Shown: piece after piece, positions 23,638 through 31,836 of the stretch
How positions within the stretch are numbered: position 1 is the stretch's first letter
Layout of the letters: every line of letters begins with the position of its first letter
Source of the DNA: Candidatus Korarchaeum cryptofilum OPF8
GTDB lineage: Archaea; Korarchaeota; Korarchaeia; Korarchaeales; Korarchaeaceae
DNA: 32,000 bases
Assembly: GCF_000019605.1 (NCBI RefSeq)
Contig: NC_010482.1
Location: forward strand, 570,001-602,000
Direction: 5' to 3'
The notes under the pieces: generated by a model
The model's database searches: none
Seen by the model: only the letters and a program-made list of their open reading frames with translations
What the model was told of the DNA's origin: nothing
Made by a program: the position numbers and the translations under genes

Positions 23638-24699
23638 ATGAAAAAGAGAGATGAGGGGATCAATGATGCGGATCTCGCTAAGCTCTCTCCCCGCATAATA
23701 CCTTACGGTAAATACAATGAAGTCTTAGAGGGACTCTCCAGGGACCTATTTTCAAATATAATAGAGCTCGTGGAGAGGGCTGAGCTCTACATCCCCAAGC
23801 TGAGGGAGATATTACCGATAACTCAGCTGAATAATGAGCTGATAAGCCTTAGGGTCGCCGCCGTCGATGCAGGATCCAACGGGAAGGATCTAATAATAGG
23901 CTATCAGCCGATAAGCATAGCTGTAGGAGCTGCCTTCAAGGACGGGATCAAGATATGCGATCCCCTCCTAGCTACTCTGAAGCCCCCATCATCCAGCCTA
24001 GATGATGAGGAAGGCGTTAAGCTCTCATCCATAATAGGCTACTATTTGATGTACAACTTAGCATCCGTTCTCCTAGATAAGAGCGATCTAATATTGATAG
24101 ATGGGCCCCTCTTCCTGCCCAGATCATACTACGCGCCCAGGGGCAGGAGCTACTCCAACTCCTACTTGGAGGTGTATGAAGCTACTCTGCGAACCCTCTC
24201 ATCCCTTCTCAGGGAAGCCGAAGCATCGGGCAAATACATTTTGGGCGTTGTGAAGAGGATAAGGAGCCATTACATTTCCCAATGGCTCGGGATAGATGGC
24301 CTCTCGGATTCCCTGATATCCTCGCTCTCAATAAAGGAGGGAGAGGCTTTAGGCCCTATACCGATCAGCGGCGGATGGGAGGAGGTCGCCAGTTATCTGG
24401 GAGATGCCAGGAGCTTCAGGCCCTGGGCCATATTCTTGAGGAGGGGGAGAGCCCCTATAAGGCTAGATCTCCCCGAATATTCTGTAGATAAAGCTTACGC
24501 TCTAGCTTCCTACATATATTCAATATCGGAGCCGAGCACAGGGCTTCCGATGCCCATATTGGCCGTGGATAGGCTCTCCAAGGTCACGGATAAGCAGAGC
24601 TCCCTCATATACAGGATGATTTTGAGGGAGGCTAGGAAGAGAGGAATTAACTCCGAGAAATTGGCTCTATTCTCGATTCAGAGGGGTGAAATTGATTGA
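23638..24699 (+). CDS. nurA: NurA-domain nuclease-like protein
   Basis: 353 aa with LRVAAVDAGSNG (first catalytic Asp strand), DLILIDGPLFLP (second Asp) and the C-terminal GLPMPILAVDRLSKV (NurA-type P..L..AD/H motif). Its stop overlaps the start of the HerA-like gene. Confidence 0.6.
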   Translation: MKKRDEGINDADLAKLSPRIIPYGKYNEVLEGLSRDLFSNIIELVERAELYIPKLREILPITQLNNELISLRVAAVDAGSNGKDLIIGYQPISIAVGAAFKDGIKICDPLLATLKPPSSSLDDEEGVKLSSIIGYYLMYNLASVLLDKSDLILIDGPLFLPRSYYAPRGRSYSNSYLEVYEATLRTLSSLLREAEASGKYILGVVKRIRSHYISQWLGIDGLSDSLISSLSIKEGEALGPIPISGGWEEVASYLGDARSFRPWAIFLRRGRAPIRLDLPEYSVDKAYALASYIYSISEPSTGLPMPILAVDRLSKVTDKQSSLIYRMILREARKRGINSEKLALFSIQRGEID

Positions 24700-27188
24700 G
24701 AGAAATTGTGGGGCACGTGATATCAAGATCAACCCCCAAAAAGATATTATTCGTGGTTCTGAAGAACGCTAAAGTATCCCTGGGAGATTTCTACGTCATA
24801 GATCATCCCTGGGAGGGAGTTCCGGTCTTCATAAGGGTTAGGGATATTCAAACAATAAATGAGGAAGTCGATCTAGGGAAAGCCGGTCTTCTTGCGAGCA
24901 GCTCAGGCTTGATCTCAGATTACAGTAGCGATCTTGAGTACATGATAGCTGAATGCGAGGTATTGGGCTATAGGTCGGAATCCGGGATAAGGGGACTGGA
25001 AGCCCCACCCTCGACTCTCTCCCCGGTTATGAGGCCTGATCCGAGGGAATTGAGCTCCTTCCTAACCCCCAGATTCTCCCAGGGGCTCCCCCTCACGATA
25101 GGCAGGATAAAGGGGACTAGGGTTCCGTTCTCCATAGATATAGCTGCGATAGCGAGGGGCCATATGTTCGTCACCGGGATGACCAGGAGCGGGAAGAGCG
25201 TCACAGGAGACACTATAATAATAATATATGATTCCTTGAGGAGGAGGTATTTCATAGGCCCGGTGGAAAGGTTCTTCGATAGCCTGCTACCGAGAGAGGC
25301 CCCAGATGAAGTTCTCCTGGATCTCAGGGAGTTAGGGTATGAGACCCTCTCTCTCTGGCCCGATTTCATTCCCAGATGGTCCAAAGTAGCTGGGATATAC
25401 AGGCACAAGCTGGATAAGGATATTTACGAGATTGAGACATCCACCGGGAGGAAGGTAAGGGTAACGGAGGATCACAGCCTCTTGGTCTCCGATGGGACTA
25501 ATTTGCTCAAGGTCACACCCAAGAAACTAGCTGGGATGAGCGAGAGTTATTTGATAGTCCCTAGAGGAGCTTCCTTAAGGCCAGCTGGCTATCAAGCGCA
25601 TCTAGATAGGCTCCTGGGCATTAGCTTAGCTTCAGGAGTTGCTTTGAAGGATGGAGTCCTCATAATGGATCCCGATATAGCTGAAGTGAAGTTAGCTTGC
25701 CTCGAAGCTGGAGTGGATTTCATCACATTGAAGAACAGGGGCATCTTCGTGAGATCTCCCGAATTAGCTAAGATAGTTTCCTCAGGCCTCAGCTCCCTCC
25801 TGAATCTCCCCGAGGAGGTCGAAGAACTTGGGGTGAGGTTTTATCCTCTAGCTAGGGCCCTCAGGGAGCTCCTCCTCAGGACGGCAATTCACGAGAAGGG
25901 CAACCTATCCCTCCTCATGCTGGAGGAACAGAGAGCCCTAATCCTATCGACGATACTATCTATTCTGGGCGTATCCACGGTTAAATTCTGCCCAAAAGGC
26001 TTCCTAGTGGATTCCATCTCATTCAGGATGCTCATGGATCGGCTGGAGAATTGGAAGAAGCTCGGGATGGACGGAGGAACGCTGCTCAAGGAAGTCAGGA
26101 AAGTGGAGGGGCTCATCTACAGGGCATCCGTCAACCTGGAGAGAGTGGTGAGCGTCAGGAAGGTATATACGAATGCGAAATATGTTTACGATCTCGACGT
26201 GCCCGATACTCAGAGCTTCCTAGCTAATGGAGCATTCGTCCACAACAGCAGCTTCGTCTCGAGCTTGATAGCGAAGTCCTCTGACCTCAAGCCCAGGCCC
26301 AGGTTCCTCATCCTCGATAGGAGAGGGGAATATGAGAGGCTCTCGAGCAAGGGGGGAGCGATATACGATTACTCAGCATTCCTGCCGAGGAGCATGAGCC
26401 CCGGAGCTCTTGCCAAGAGGTTAGGGTATAAGCCCGGGACCCTCTCCCATCAGCTCCTGCTCCTGGCGTTGAGGGATGCCGATGGAGATGCCTCGGAAGC
26501 TCTGAGGAAGCTCAGGCAGGTGGCTAGGGAGATGAGGGTGAGGCCCTCCTTGGTCGGGGAGATAGAATCCAGGCTGAAGAGGGAGATACCGAAGCTCGGG
26601 AATGGAAAGGAGCTCAGCATCGTCGATGAGGTTAGGAAGAACCCCATAGTAATAGTGGACCTCTCATCGGACAGGAGGTATGAGGATCAGTTCCTAGCCA
26701 TAAGGAACATAGTTGAGGAACTATCGAATTACGCCGTATCGAGGAGGAGGGAGGGGGACTTCGCCCTGATAGTTGTCGTTGAAGAAGCTCAGTACGTGAT
26801 CCCGGAGAGGGGCTTCTCCATAGTCGGGGATCCCTACGATTCCGGGGTAGCTCAATCTTTGATAGAGGCGATAAGTCAGGCCGGGGGCTACAACTTGGGA
26901 TTCGTGATCGTGACGCAGAGACCGGCCTACGTCAGCAAGAGTGTCATAAGCCAGGCGAATACCGTAGTAGCGTTCAGATTGAGGAACGGGAACGATCAGG
27001 AGGCTATATCTAAGTACACGGAGGTGGAGGAGGTATCATCCTACCTCCCCACGCTCTCGGATCACGAAGCCCTCATATGGGGGATGGGGAGCTGCGTCCC
27101 CTTCCCCGTTCAGGTGGAGGTGGAAGTAGTTGCCTTACCATCGAAGTCATCGAGCTCACCCGAGAGGGCCTGGGAGAAGATGTTATAA
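24696..27188 (+). CDS. herA: HerA/DUF87-family (FtsK-HerA superfamily) ATPase precursor, interrupted by an intein in the Walker A loop
   Basis: 830-aa precursor with a HAS-barrel-like N-terminus (ILFVVLKNAKVSLGDFYVIDHP...VFIRVRDI). The Walker A motif is split as GMTRSGK|...|SSF. After removing residues 168-517, GMTRSGKSSFVSSLI is restored. Walker B is ALIVVVEEAQYVIP. FVIVTQRPAYVSKSVISQANTVVAFRLRNGNDQEAI is HerA-type. The TTG start at 24696 has GGGGTGA 5-6 nt upstream. Confidence 0.8.
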   Translation: MREIVGHVISRSTPKKILFVVLKNAKVSLGDFYVIDHPWEGVPVFIRVRDIQTINEEVDLGKAGLLASSSGLISDYSSDLEYMIAECEVLGYRSESGIRGLEAPPSTLSPVMRPDPRELSSFLTPRFSQGLPLTIGRIKGTRVPFSIDIAAIARGHMFVTGMTRSGKSVTGDTIIIIYDSLRRRYFIGPVERFFDSLLPREAPDEVLLDLRELGYETLSLWPDFIPRWSKVAGIYRHKLDKDIYEIETSTGRKVRVTEDHSLLVSDGTNLLKVTPKKLAGMSESYLIVPRGASLRPAGYQAHLDRLLGISLASGVALKDGVLIMDPDIAEVKLACLEAGVDFITLKNRGIFVRSPELAKIVSSGLSSLLNLPEEVEELGVRFYPLARALRELLLRTAIHEKGNLSLLMLEEQRALILSTILSILGVSTVKFCPKGFLVDSISFRMLMDRLENWKKLGMDGGTLLKEVRKVEGLIYRASVNLERVVSVRKVYTNAKYVYDLDVPDTQSFLANGAFVHNSSFVSSLIAKSSDLKPRPRFLILDRRGEYERLSSKGGAIYDYSAFLPRSMSPGALAKRLGYKPGTLSHQLLLLALRDADGDASEALRKLRQVAREMRVRPSLVGEIESRLKREIPKLGNGKELSIVDEVRKNPIVIVDLSSDRRYEDQFLAIRNIVEELSNYAVSRRREGDFALIVVVEEAQYVIPERGFSIVGDPYDSGVAQSLIEAISQAGGYNLGFVIVTQRPAYVSKSVISQANTVVAFRLRNGNDQEAISKYTEVEEVSSYLPTLSDHEALIWGMGSCVPFPVQVEVEVVALPSKSSSSPERAWEKML
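25197..26246 (+). mobile_element. Intein (350 aa, Ser1 ... His-Asn / Ser+1) with a degenerate LAGLIDADG-type endonuclease insert
   Basis: Block A is SVTGDTIIII, starting at AGC 25197. Block B is KVRVTEDHSLLV (TxxH). Blocks F/G are YVYDLDVPDTQSFLANGAFVHN, ending at AAC 26244-26246, followed by Ser. The central LDRLLGISLASGV looks like a LAGLIDADG helix in which both acidic residues are lost. Confidence 0.85.
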
Positions 27189-27209
27189 GCTCAGCGAGCA
27201 GCTAACCGT

Positions 27210-28697
27210 ATGATAAGGATATTCGATTCCACCCTCACCCTGGGTGAGATGGTACCCGGCGTCTCCTTCGGCCTAGAGGGGAAGCTCGAGATAGCCTCGC
27301 ATCTCGATACCCTCGGCGTGGATGTCATCGAAGCAGGCTTCCCCGCATCCTCCGAGGGTGAGAAGAGGGTAGTCAGGGAAGTAGTGAGGAACGTGAAGAG
27401 GTTATCGAGATCGGGCCTCTCCCCCGAGGTATGCGCATTAGCTAGAGCTATAAGGGAGGATGTGAAGGCCGCTGTAGAGACTGGAGTCGATAGCGTGAAC
27501 ATATTCATACCGGCCAGCAGGTTGCTGTTGGAGAGAGCTTACGGGATGAGAGAGGAGGAGGCGAGGGAGAGGGTCAGGGAAGCGGTGAGCTTAGCTAAAT
27601 CGCATGACCTCACTGTTGAATTCACGGCTGAGGATGCTGGAAGGTCCGATGATCTCCTCTGGGATCTCTGCAGGATAGCTGAGGAGTCCGGGGCGGATAG
27701 GATAAATTTGAGCGATCCAGTCGGAGCCATGCTCCCTGATGATGCTAAGAAAATCGTTTTAGAGGCGAAGAAGAGGATAAGGAAGCCGATAAGTGTGACA
27801 TTCTCCAACGACTTGGGGATGGCTACGGCTAATTCTCTATCAGCAGCTATAGCTGGAGCGGATCAGATACACGTATCGGTCAACGGCCTCGGTCCTAAAG
27901 CTGGTATAGCGCCTCTAGAACAGGTAGTAGTCGGGTTGAAGAAGTTAGCTGGCCTCGATACCAATGTGAAGATGGAACTCCTGCCCAGCGTGAGCGAAGC
28001 TGTAGAGAGGATAAGCGGTATCCCGATCAGCGAGATATCCCCTATAGTAGGTCCCTTAGTCTTCACTTATGAAGCCGGTGTTCACGTCAGCGCTATATCT
28101 AATGAGCTCTCCAGCTATGAGATAGTGAGCCCCGGGGAAGTTGGAAGGGTCAGGAGATTCTGGGTCGGGACTCACTCAGGGAGGAAGGCAGTTAAAGAAG
28201 TGCTCAAGGAGATGGGATATTCAGCGAGCGATTCAGATGTGGAGAGGATATTGGCTAGGGTGAAGGAGCTCTCTCAAGAGGGAATCAGAATTACTGAAGC
28301 TATATTCAGATCAGTAGTGGAGGAGGTGCTGGGGGAGAGGCCGAGGCTCTTCAAGGTGAAGGAGTGGGTGGCCGTGACCGGGAGCGGGATAACTCCCACA
28401 GCAACAATAAGGGCATTGATCGGTGGGAGGGAAGTGATATCATCCTCGAGCGGAGTTGGTCCGGTGGACGCTATAACTAAGGCCATAAGATCGATACAGG
28501 GCATACCGAGTTTCAACTTGAGGAGGTTCAGGCTAATAGCTGTCTCATCTGGATCTGAGGCGATAGCTGAGCTTAAGATAAGGGTTGTAGGACCTAAGGG
28601 GGAGGTTGAAGCTGCAGGGACCAGCAGGGATATAGTGGATGCTTCACTGAAGGCCATTGAGGAAGCAGTAAATAAGATCATTCCCAGGGAAAGCTGA
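27210..28697 (+). CDS. Citramalate/2-isopropylmalate synthase homologue (DRE-TIM + LeuA_dimer domains) with substituted catalytic residues
   Basis: 495 aa, collinear with M. jannaschii CimA as I recall it (GVDVIEAGF, VEFTAEDAGRSD, NDLGMATAN, THSGRKA, GVGPVDA). However DTTLRDGEQ is DSTLTLGEM, HCHND is TFSND, DTVG is DPVG, GIGERAGNA is GLGPKAGIA, and FAHEAGIH is FTYEAGVH. Confidence 0.75.
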   Translation: MIRIFDSTLTLGEMVPGVSFGLEGKLEIASHLDTLGVDVIEAGFPASSEGEKRVVREVVRNVKRLSRSGLSPEVCALARAIREDVKAAVETGVDSVNIFIPASRLLLERAYGMREEEARERVREAVSLAKSHDLTVEFTAEDAGRSDDLLWDLCRIAEESGADRINLSDPVGAMLPDDAKKIVLEAKKRIRKPISVTFSNDLGMATANSLSAAIAGADQIHVSVNGLGPKAGIAPLEQVVVGLKKLAGLDTNVKMELLPSVSEAVERISGIPISEISPIVGPLVFTYEAGVHVSAISNELSSYEIVSPGEVGRVRRFWVGTHSGRKAVKEVLKEMGYSASDSDVERILARVKELSQEGIRITEAIFRSVVEEVLGERPRLFKVKEWVAVTGSGITPTATIRALIGGREVISSSSGVGPVDAITKAIRSIQGIPSFNLRRFRLIAVSSGSEAIAELKIRVVGPKGEVEAAGTSRDIVDASLKAIEEAVNKIIPRES

Positions 28698-29799
28698 TCC
28701 CGAGCTCCATAGCTATATTTCTCATCTCCTCGAACACCTTCTTATATATCGGTACCCCCTCCTTCATCCTCTTCATGGAGGTCAGGTAGCTCTTCTCACC
28801 GTGCACCCATATCCTATCGAACTGAGGGTGCAGCGGAGCGTTCTTGAGCTCAGCCCTGAGCTTCTCAATCCTATCCTTGAACTCGTCCAGAGGCATGAAC
28901 CTCGATACATCTATCGCCATGAAGAAGTGGCCCACATTAGCTGGTTTAGGTGCCTCTGTCTGGCCCACATCCCTCAGCATAGCTGCTCCGCTCAGCACAC
29001 TGGTGAAGAGCTCCACGAGTAAAGCTAAACCGTATCCCTTATGCCCTCCCATTAACTCACCTAATCCTCCAAGTGGAAGAAGGGCGCCTTCCTTCATTAT
29101 CTTGTCTGGATCATCGCATAAATTCCCTTCAGAATCTATCCCCCAGCCCAGCGGGGCTTTCTTCCCCAGCCTGGAGTACTCCTCCATCTTCCCTATCGGG
29201 GCTACGCTAGTTGCCATATCTATGACTAATGGCGGAGGCACCTTCGTGGGGGCGGCTAGAGCTATCGGATTCGTTCCCAGCCACTTCCCCAGAGCCCCGG
29301 TATGGGCGACTAGGGGCCTAGAGTTCGTCATGGAGACCCCTATCATATCGTGCTCTAAAGCCATCATAGCGTAGTAACCGGCTATCCCGTAATGGTTGCT
29401 CATTCTAGTTGTGACGAAGCCTATCCCGCTCTCCTTAGCCTTCCTTATCGCTAATTTCATCGAGAAGTTCCCCACTACTTGTCCAAGCCCTGAGTCACCG
29501 TCCACTAGGGCGAAGGAAGGTCCTTCACTCACTACCCTTATGTTGGGCCTCGCCTTCACAGCTCCCTTCCTCAGCCCATCCACGTACCTCCTCAGCCTCG
29601 CGACGCCGTGGGAGTCTATTCCTCTCAAGTCAGCTGTGACTAGATTATCTGCTACTATGAAAGCATCTTCCTCGGGCACCCCGAGCTTGACGAAGATAGA
29701 TTTAACGAACGATAGTAGCTCCTCATACTTCAATATCTTGAAATCCTCGGGCGGTTGAGGCGGGGACTTATCGTAAAGCATAAGCTGGTTTGATTGCAC
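28678..29799 (-). CDS. Ldh_2-family (malate/L-lactate/sulfolactate type 2) NAD(P)H-dependent 2-hydroxyacid dehydrogenase
   Basis: 373 aa with VTADLRGIDSHGVARLRRY, MSNHYGIAGYYA, IDMATSVAPIGK and GHKGYGLALLVE. The TATA-like GCTTAAAATCGG on the minus strand fits a leaderless ATG at 29781 (MLYDK) better than 29799. Confidence 0.8.
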   Translation of the reverse strand: MQSNQLMLYDKSPPQPPEDFKILKYEELLSFVKSIFVKLGVPEEDAFIVADNLVTADLRGIDSHGVARLRRYVDGLRKGAVKARPNIRVVSEGPSFALVDGDSGLGQVVGNFSMKLAIRKAKESGIGFVTTRMSNHYGIAGYYAMMALEHDMIGVSMTNSRPLVAHTGALGKWLGTNPIALAAPTKVPPPLVIDMATSVAPIGKMEEYSRLGKKAPLGWGIDSEGNLCDDPDKIMKEGALLPLGGLGELMGGHKGYGLALLVELFTSVLSGAAMLRDVGQTEAPKPANVGHFFMAIDVSRFMPLDEFKDRIEKLRAELKNAPLHPQFDRIWVHGEKSYLTSMKRMKEGVPIYKKVFEEMRNIAMELGISFPWE

Positions 29800-29862
29800 C
29801 GATTTTAAGCTTTGCCATCCGCCGCCACTGCATCATTTTAATTAGCCCCCCCATTTAACCTT

Positions 29863-30219
29863 ATGAGAGTCGATGGGACGGGCTTCGGTTACATAATAGT
29901 TGATGGCGTCAGGTACGATTACGATGTGGTAATAACTGACCGTGTCATGAATAGGAAGAAGGAGCTATCGGCTGTGGAGAGTGGGCATACCCCTCTCACG
30001 GGGGAGGAGGTGCTTCACTACTTCTCCGAGAGGCCTCCAGAGGTGCTAGTAGTTGGCACTGGGCAGAGCGGCCTCATGCCCCTGTCCGGCGTTGAGGAAG
30101 CTTGTGAGAAGCTGAATATAGAGCTAATAGTTGAGAGGACTCCGGATGCCGTGAGGACTTTCAATAAATTGAGGGAGAGCGGTAGGAGGGTTAACGCGAT
30201 ATTTCACGTCACATGCTGA
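29863..30219 (+). CDS. MTH938-like (DUF498) domain protein
   Basis: 118 aa with VDG..Y..DVVI, PEVLVVGTGQSGLMPL and the C-terminal NAIFHVTC, nearly identical to the IIHVTC end of MTH938 as I recall it. A TATA-like CATTTTAATTA lies about 25 nt upstream. Confidence 0.75.
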   Translation: MRVDGTGFGYIIVDGVRYDYDVVITDRVMNRKKELSAVESGHTPLTGEEVLHYFSERPPEVLVVGTGQSGLMPLSGVEEACEKLNIELIVERTPDAVRTFNKLRESGRRVNAIFHVTC

Positions 30220-31010
30220 CCGAACTTCCTCGCTAGCAAGTAGGAGAGGTAGTAGAGTATTAAGAAAGGTACTGAGAGGGCTATCATGGAGACCGGAGTT
30301 GGATCCGGAGTAACGATAGCTAGTATGACGAGGACTATGAAGAAGATGTAACCGAACTTCTCCCTGAGGGTCTCGGGCCTCAGGATGTCCAAGTAAGATA
30401 GTACCGCTATTATCAATGGGAAGGTGAAGAAGAGTCCCACGATGACCAAGCCCGTTATTATGAATGAGAAGAACTGCTCAATAGAGAATATCAGCTTTAT
30501 GCCGCTCGCTATATATATCAGCGAGAGGAAGAATATGGTCAGGGGCATGACGACGAAATAAGCGTAAATCACGCCTGATGAGAAGAGAATGGAAAATCCT
30601 AGGACGAATGGAATTATTATCCTCTTCTCCCTCTCCTCCAAACCGGGCTCAACGAAATCGTAGATCTGCTTCGCTATATAGGGAGAGGATATGACCAAGC
30701 CGAAGAGGAGGGAGAGCATCAAAATTACTTCTATAGAATCTATCCAGCTGTAAGCTATGAGATCTATATTTACCTCCTTTATCCCGAAGATATTGGCTAG
30801 GGGCCTCAGGATCGGGTTATTCAAGTCAGTCATATCCCTCCTCACTCTATCCATTATCGAGAAGATGAGGGGCCTGTAACTATGAGATGAGGGATCTGGG
30901 AAAATGGAGACAGCTATCGACGATATTATTACTGAGATCAATGCTCTCCTCAGCCTCTCCAAGAGCTCTATTATATGATCCTGAACTGGGAGCTCTTTAT
31001 CCTTGCTCAT
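30204..31010 (-). CDS. tatC: Twin-arginine translocase subunit TatC
   Basis: 268 aa. HIIELLERLRRALISVI matches the H..ELR.RL opening of TatC. Six TM segments follow, with the characteristic PGL.E.E loop (FVEPGLEEREKR). Confidence 0.85.
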   Translation of the reverse strand: MSKDKELPVQDHIIELLERLRRALISVIISSIAVSIFPDPSSHSYRPLIFSIMDRVRRDMTDLNNPILRPLANIFGIKEVNIDLIAYSWIDSIEVILMLSLLFGLVISSPYIAKQIYDFVEPGLEEREKRIIIPFVLGFSILFSSGVIYAYFVVMPLTIFFLSLIYIASGIKLIFSIEQFFSFIITGLVIVGLFFTFPLIIAVLSYLDILRPETLREKFGYIFFIVLVILAIVTPDPTPVSMIALSVPFLILYYLSYLLARKFGQHVT

Positions 31011-31785
31011 ATTCTCCCATCAACTCCTCATGCGAAGCTTTAGCTACTACTACCATCTCGGGGCTGCTCCCTGAGAAGGGAACTATCTCATAGTCCGGGT
31101 AGATCTCGCATACTGAGAAGCTGCGGCTTCTCAGTATATACCTTATCTCCCTAGGGGTGAAGAGTCTCAGCCTTATCTTATGATCCATGATATCCACGCT
31201 CCCCCTCGATAGATCTATTATAGACCAGCCTATATCGAGAGCAGCTATCTGATCCTTGAGATCTATCTTCCATGAGCTCTCCTTTATAGCTAGAGAGTTC
31301 CCGGATTTCCTGAGCTCGGGGATCGGCATCTCATAGTAGACCCTCTTCTCTATCACTCCCAAGATATTCCAGGTGTCGAATATGAAGAGACCTCCGTCCA
31401 CTAAGCTCCTCCTCGCAGCTTCTAGGAACTTCACGAGCGATTCATCCTCAGTGAAGTAACTTATCACACCGTACATAGCTATCGCTACATCGAACCCTCT
31501 CAATTCCATGTTAGAGGCATCTCCTACTAAGAATTTTACGTTCTCCATCCCCTTAGCTTTTTCCCTCGCTCTATTAATCATATCCTCAGATACATCTATG
31601 CCTACTACTTCATATCCCCTCCTACCGAACTCTATGCTGTGCATCCCAGTCCCGCATCCCACATCTAGGACTCTCCTCGCCCTCCCCTTGTAAAATTTTT
31701 TAATCACTTCCTCCAAAAAGTCGACCTCTTCACTCACGTTTCTATTCGCATAAAGCAGATCGTAGTATTGAGCGTAACGATCCAT
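30997..31785 (-). CDS. Class I SAM-dependent methyltransferase
   Basis: 262 aa with RVLDVGCGTGMHS (motif I), VVGIDVS, FLVGDA and GGLFIFD. Its stop overlaps the tatC start by 14 nt. Confidence 0.85.
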   Translation of the reverse strand: MDRYAQYYDLLYANRNVSEEVDFLEEVIKKFYKGRARRVLDVGCGTGMHSIEFGRRGYEVVGIDVSEDMINRAREKAKGMENVKFLVGDASNMELRGFDVAIAMYGVISYFTEDESLVKFLEAARRSLVDGGLFIFDTWNILGVIEKRVYYEMPIPELRKSGNSLAIKESSWKIDLKDQIAALDIGWSIIDLSRGSVDIMDHKIRLRLFTPREIRYILRSRSFSVCEIYPDYEIVPFSGSSPEMVVVAKASHEELMGEYEQG

Positions 31786-31836
31786 AAGAGGTCTCGGACT
31801 CGCTGAATCTATCCTTAAAAAATTTTTTGATACATC

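Noticed and set aside
28844-29758. 176-aa and 120-aa plus-strand ORFs opposite the Ldh_2 dehydrogenase gene
   Set aside because: These are shadow ORFs with S/P/L-rich, low-complexity translations. The minus-strand frame carries clear Ldh_2 motifs.
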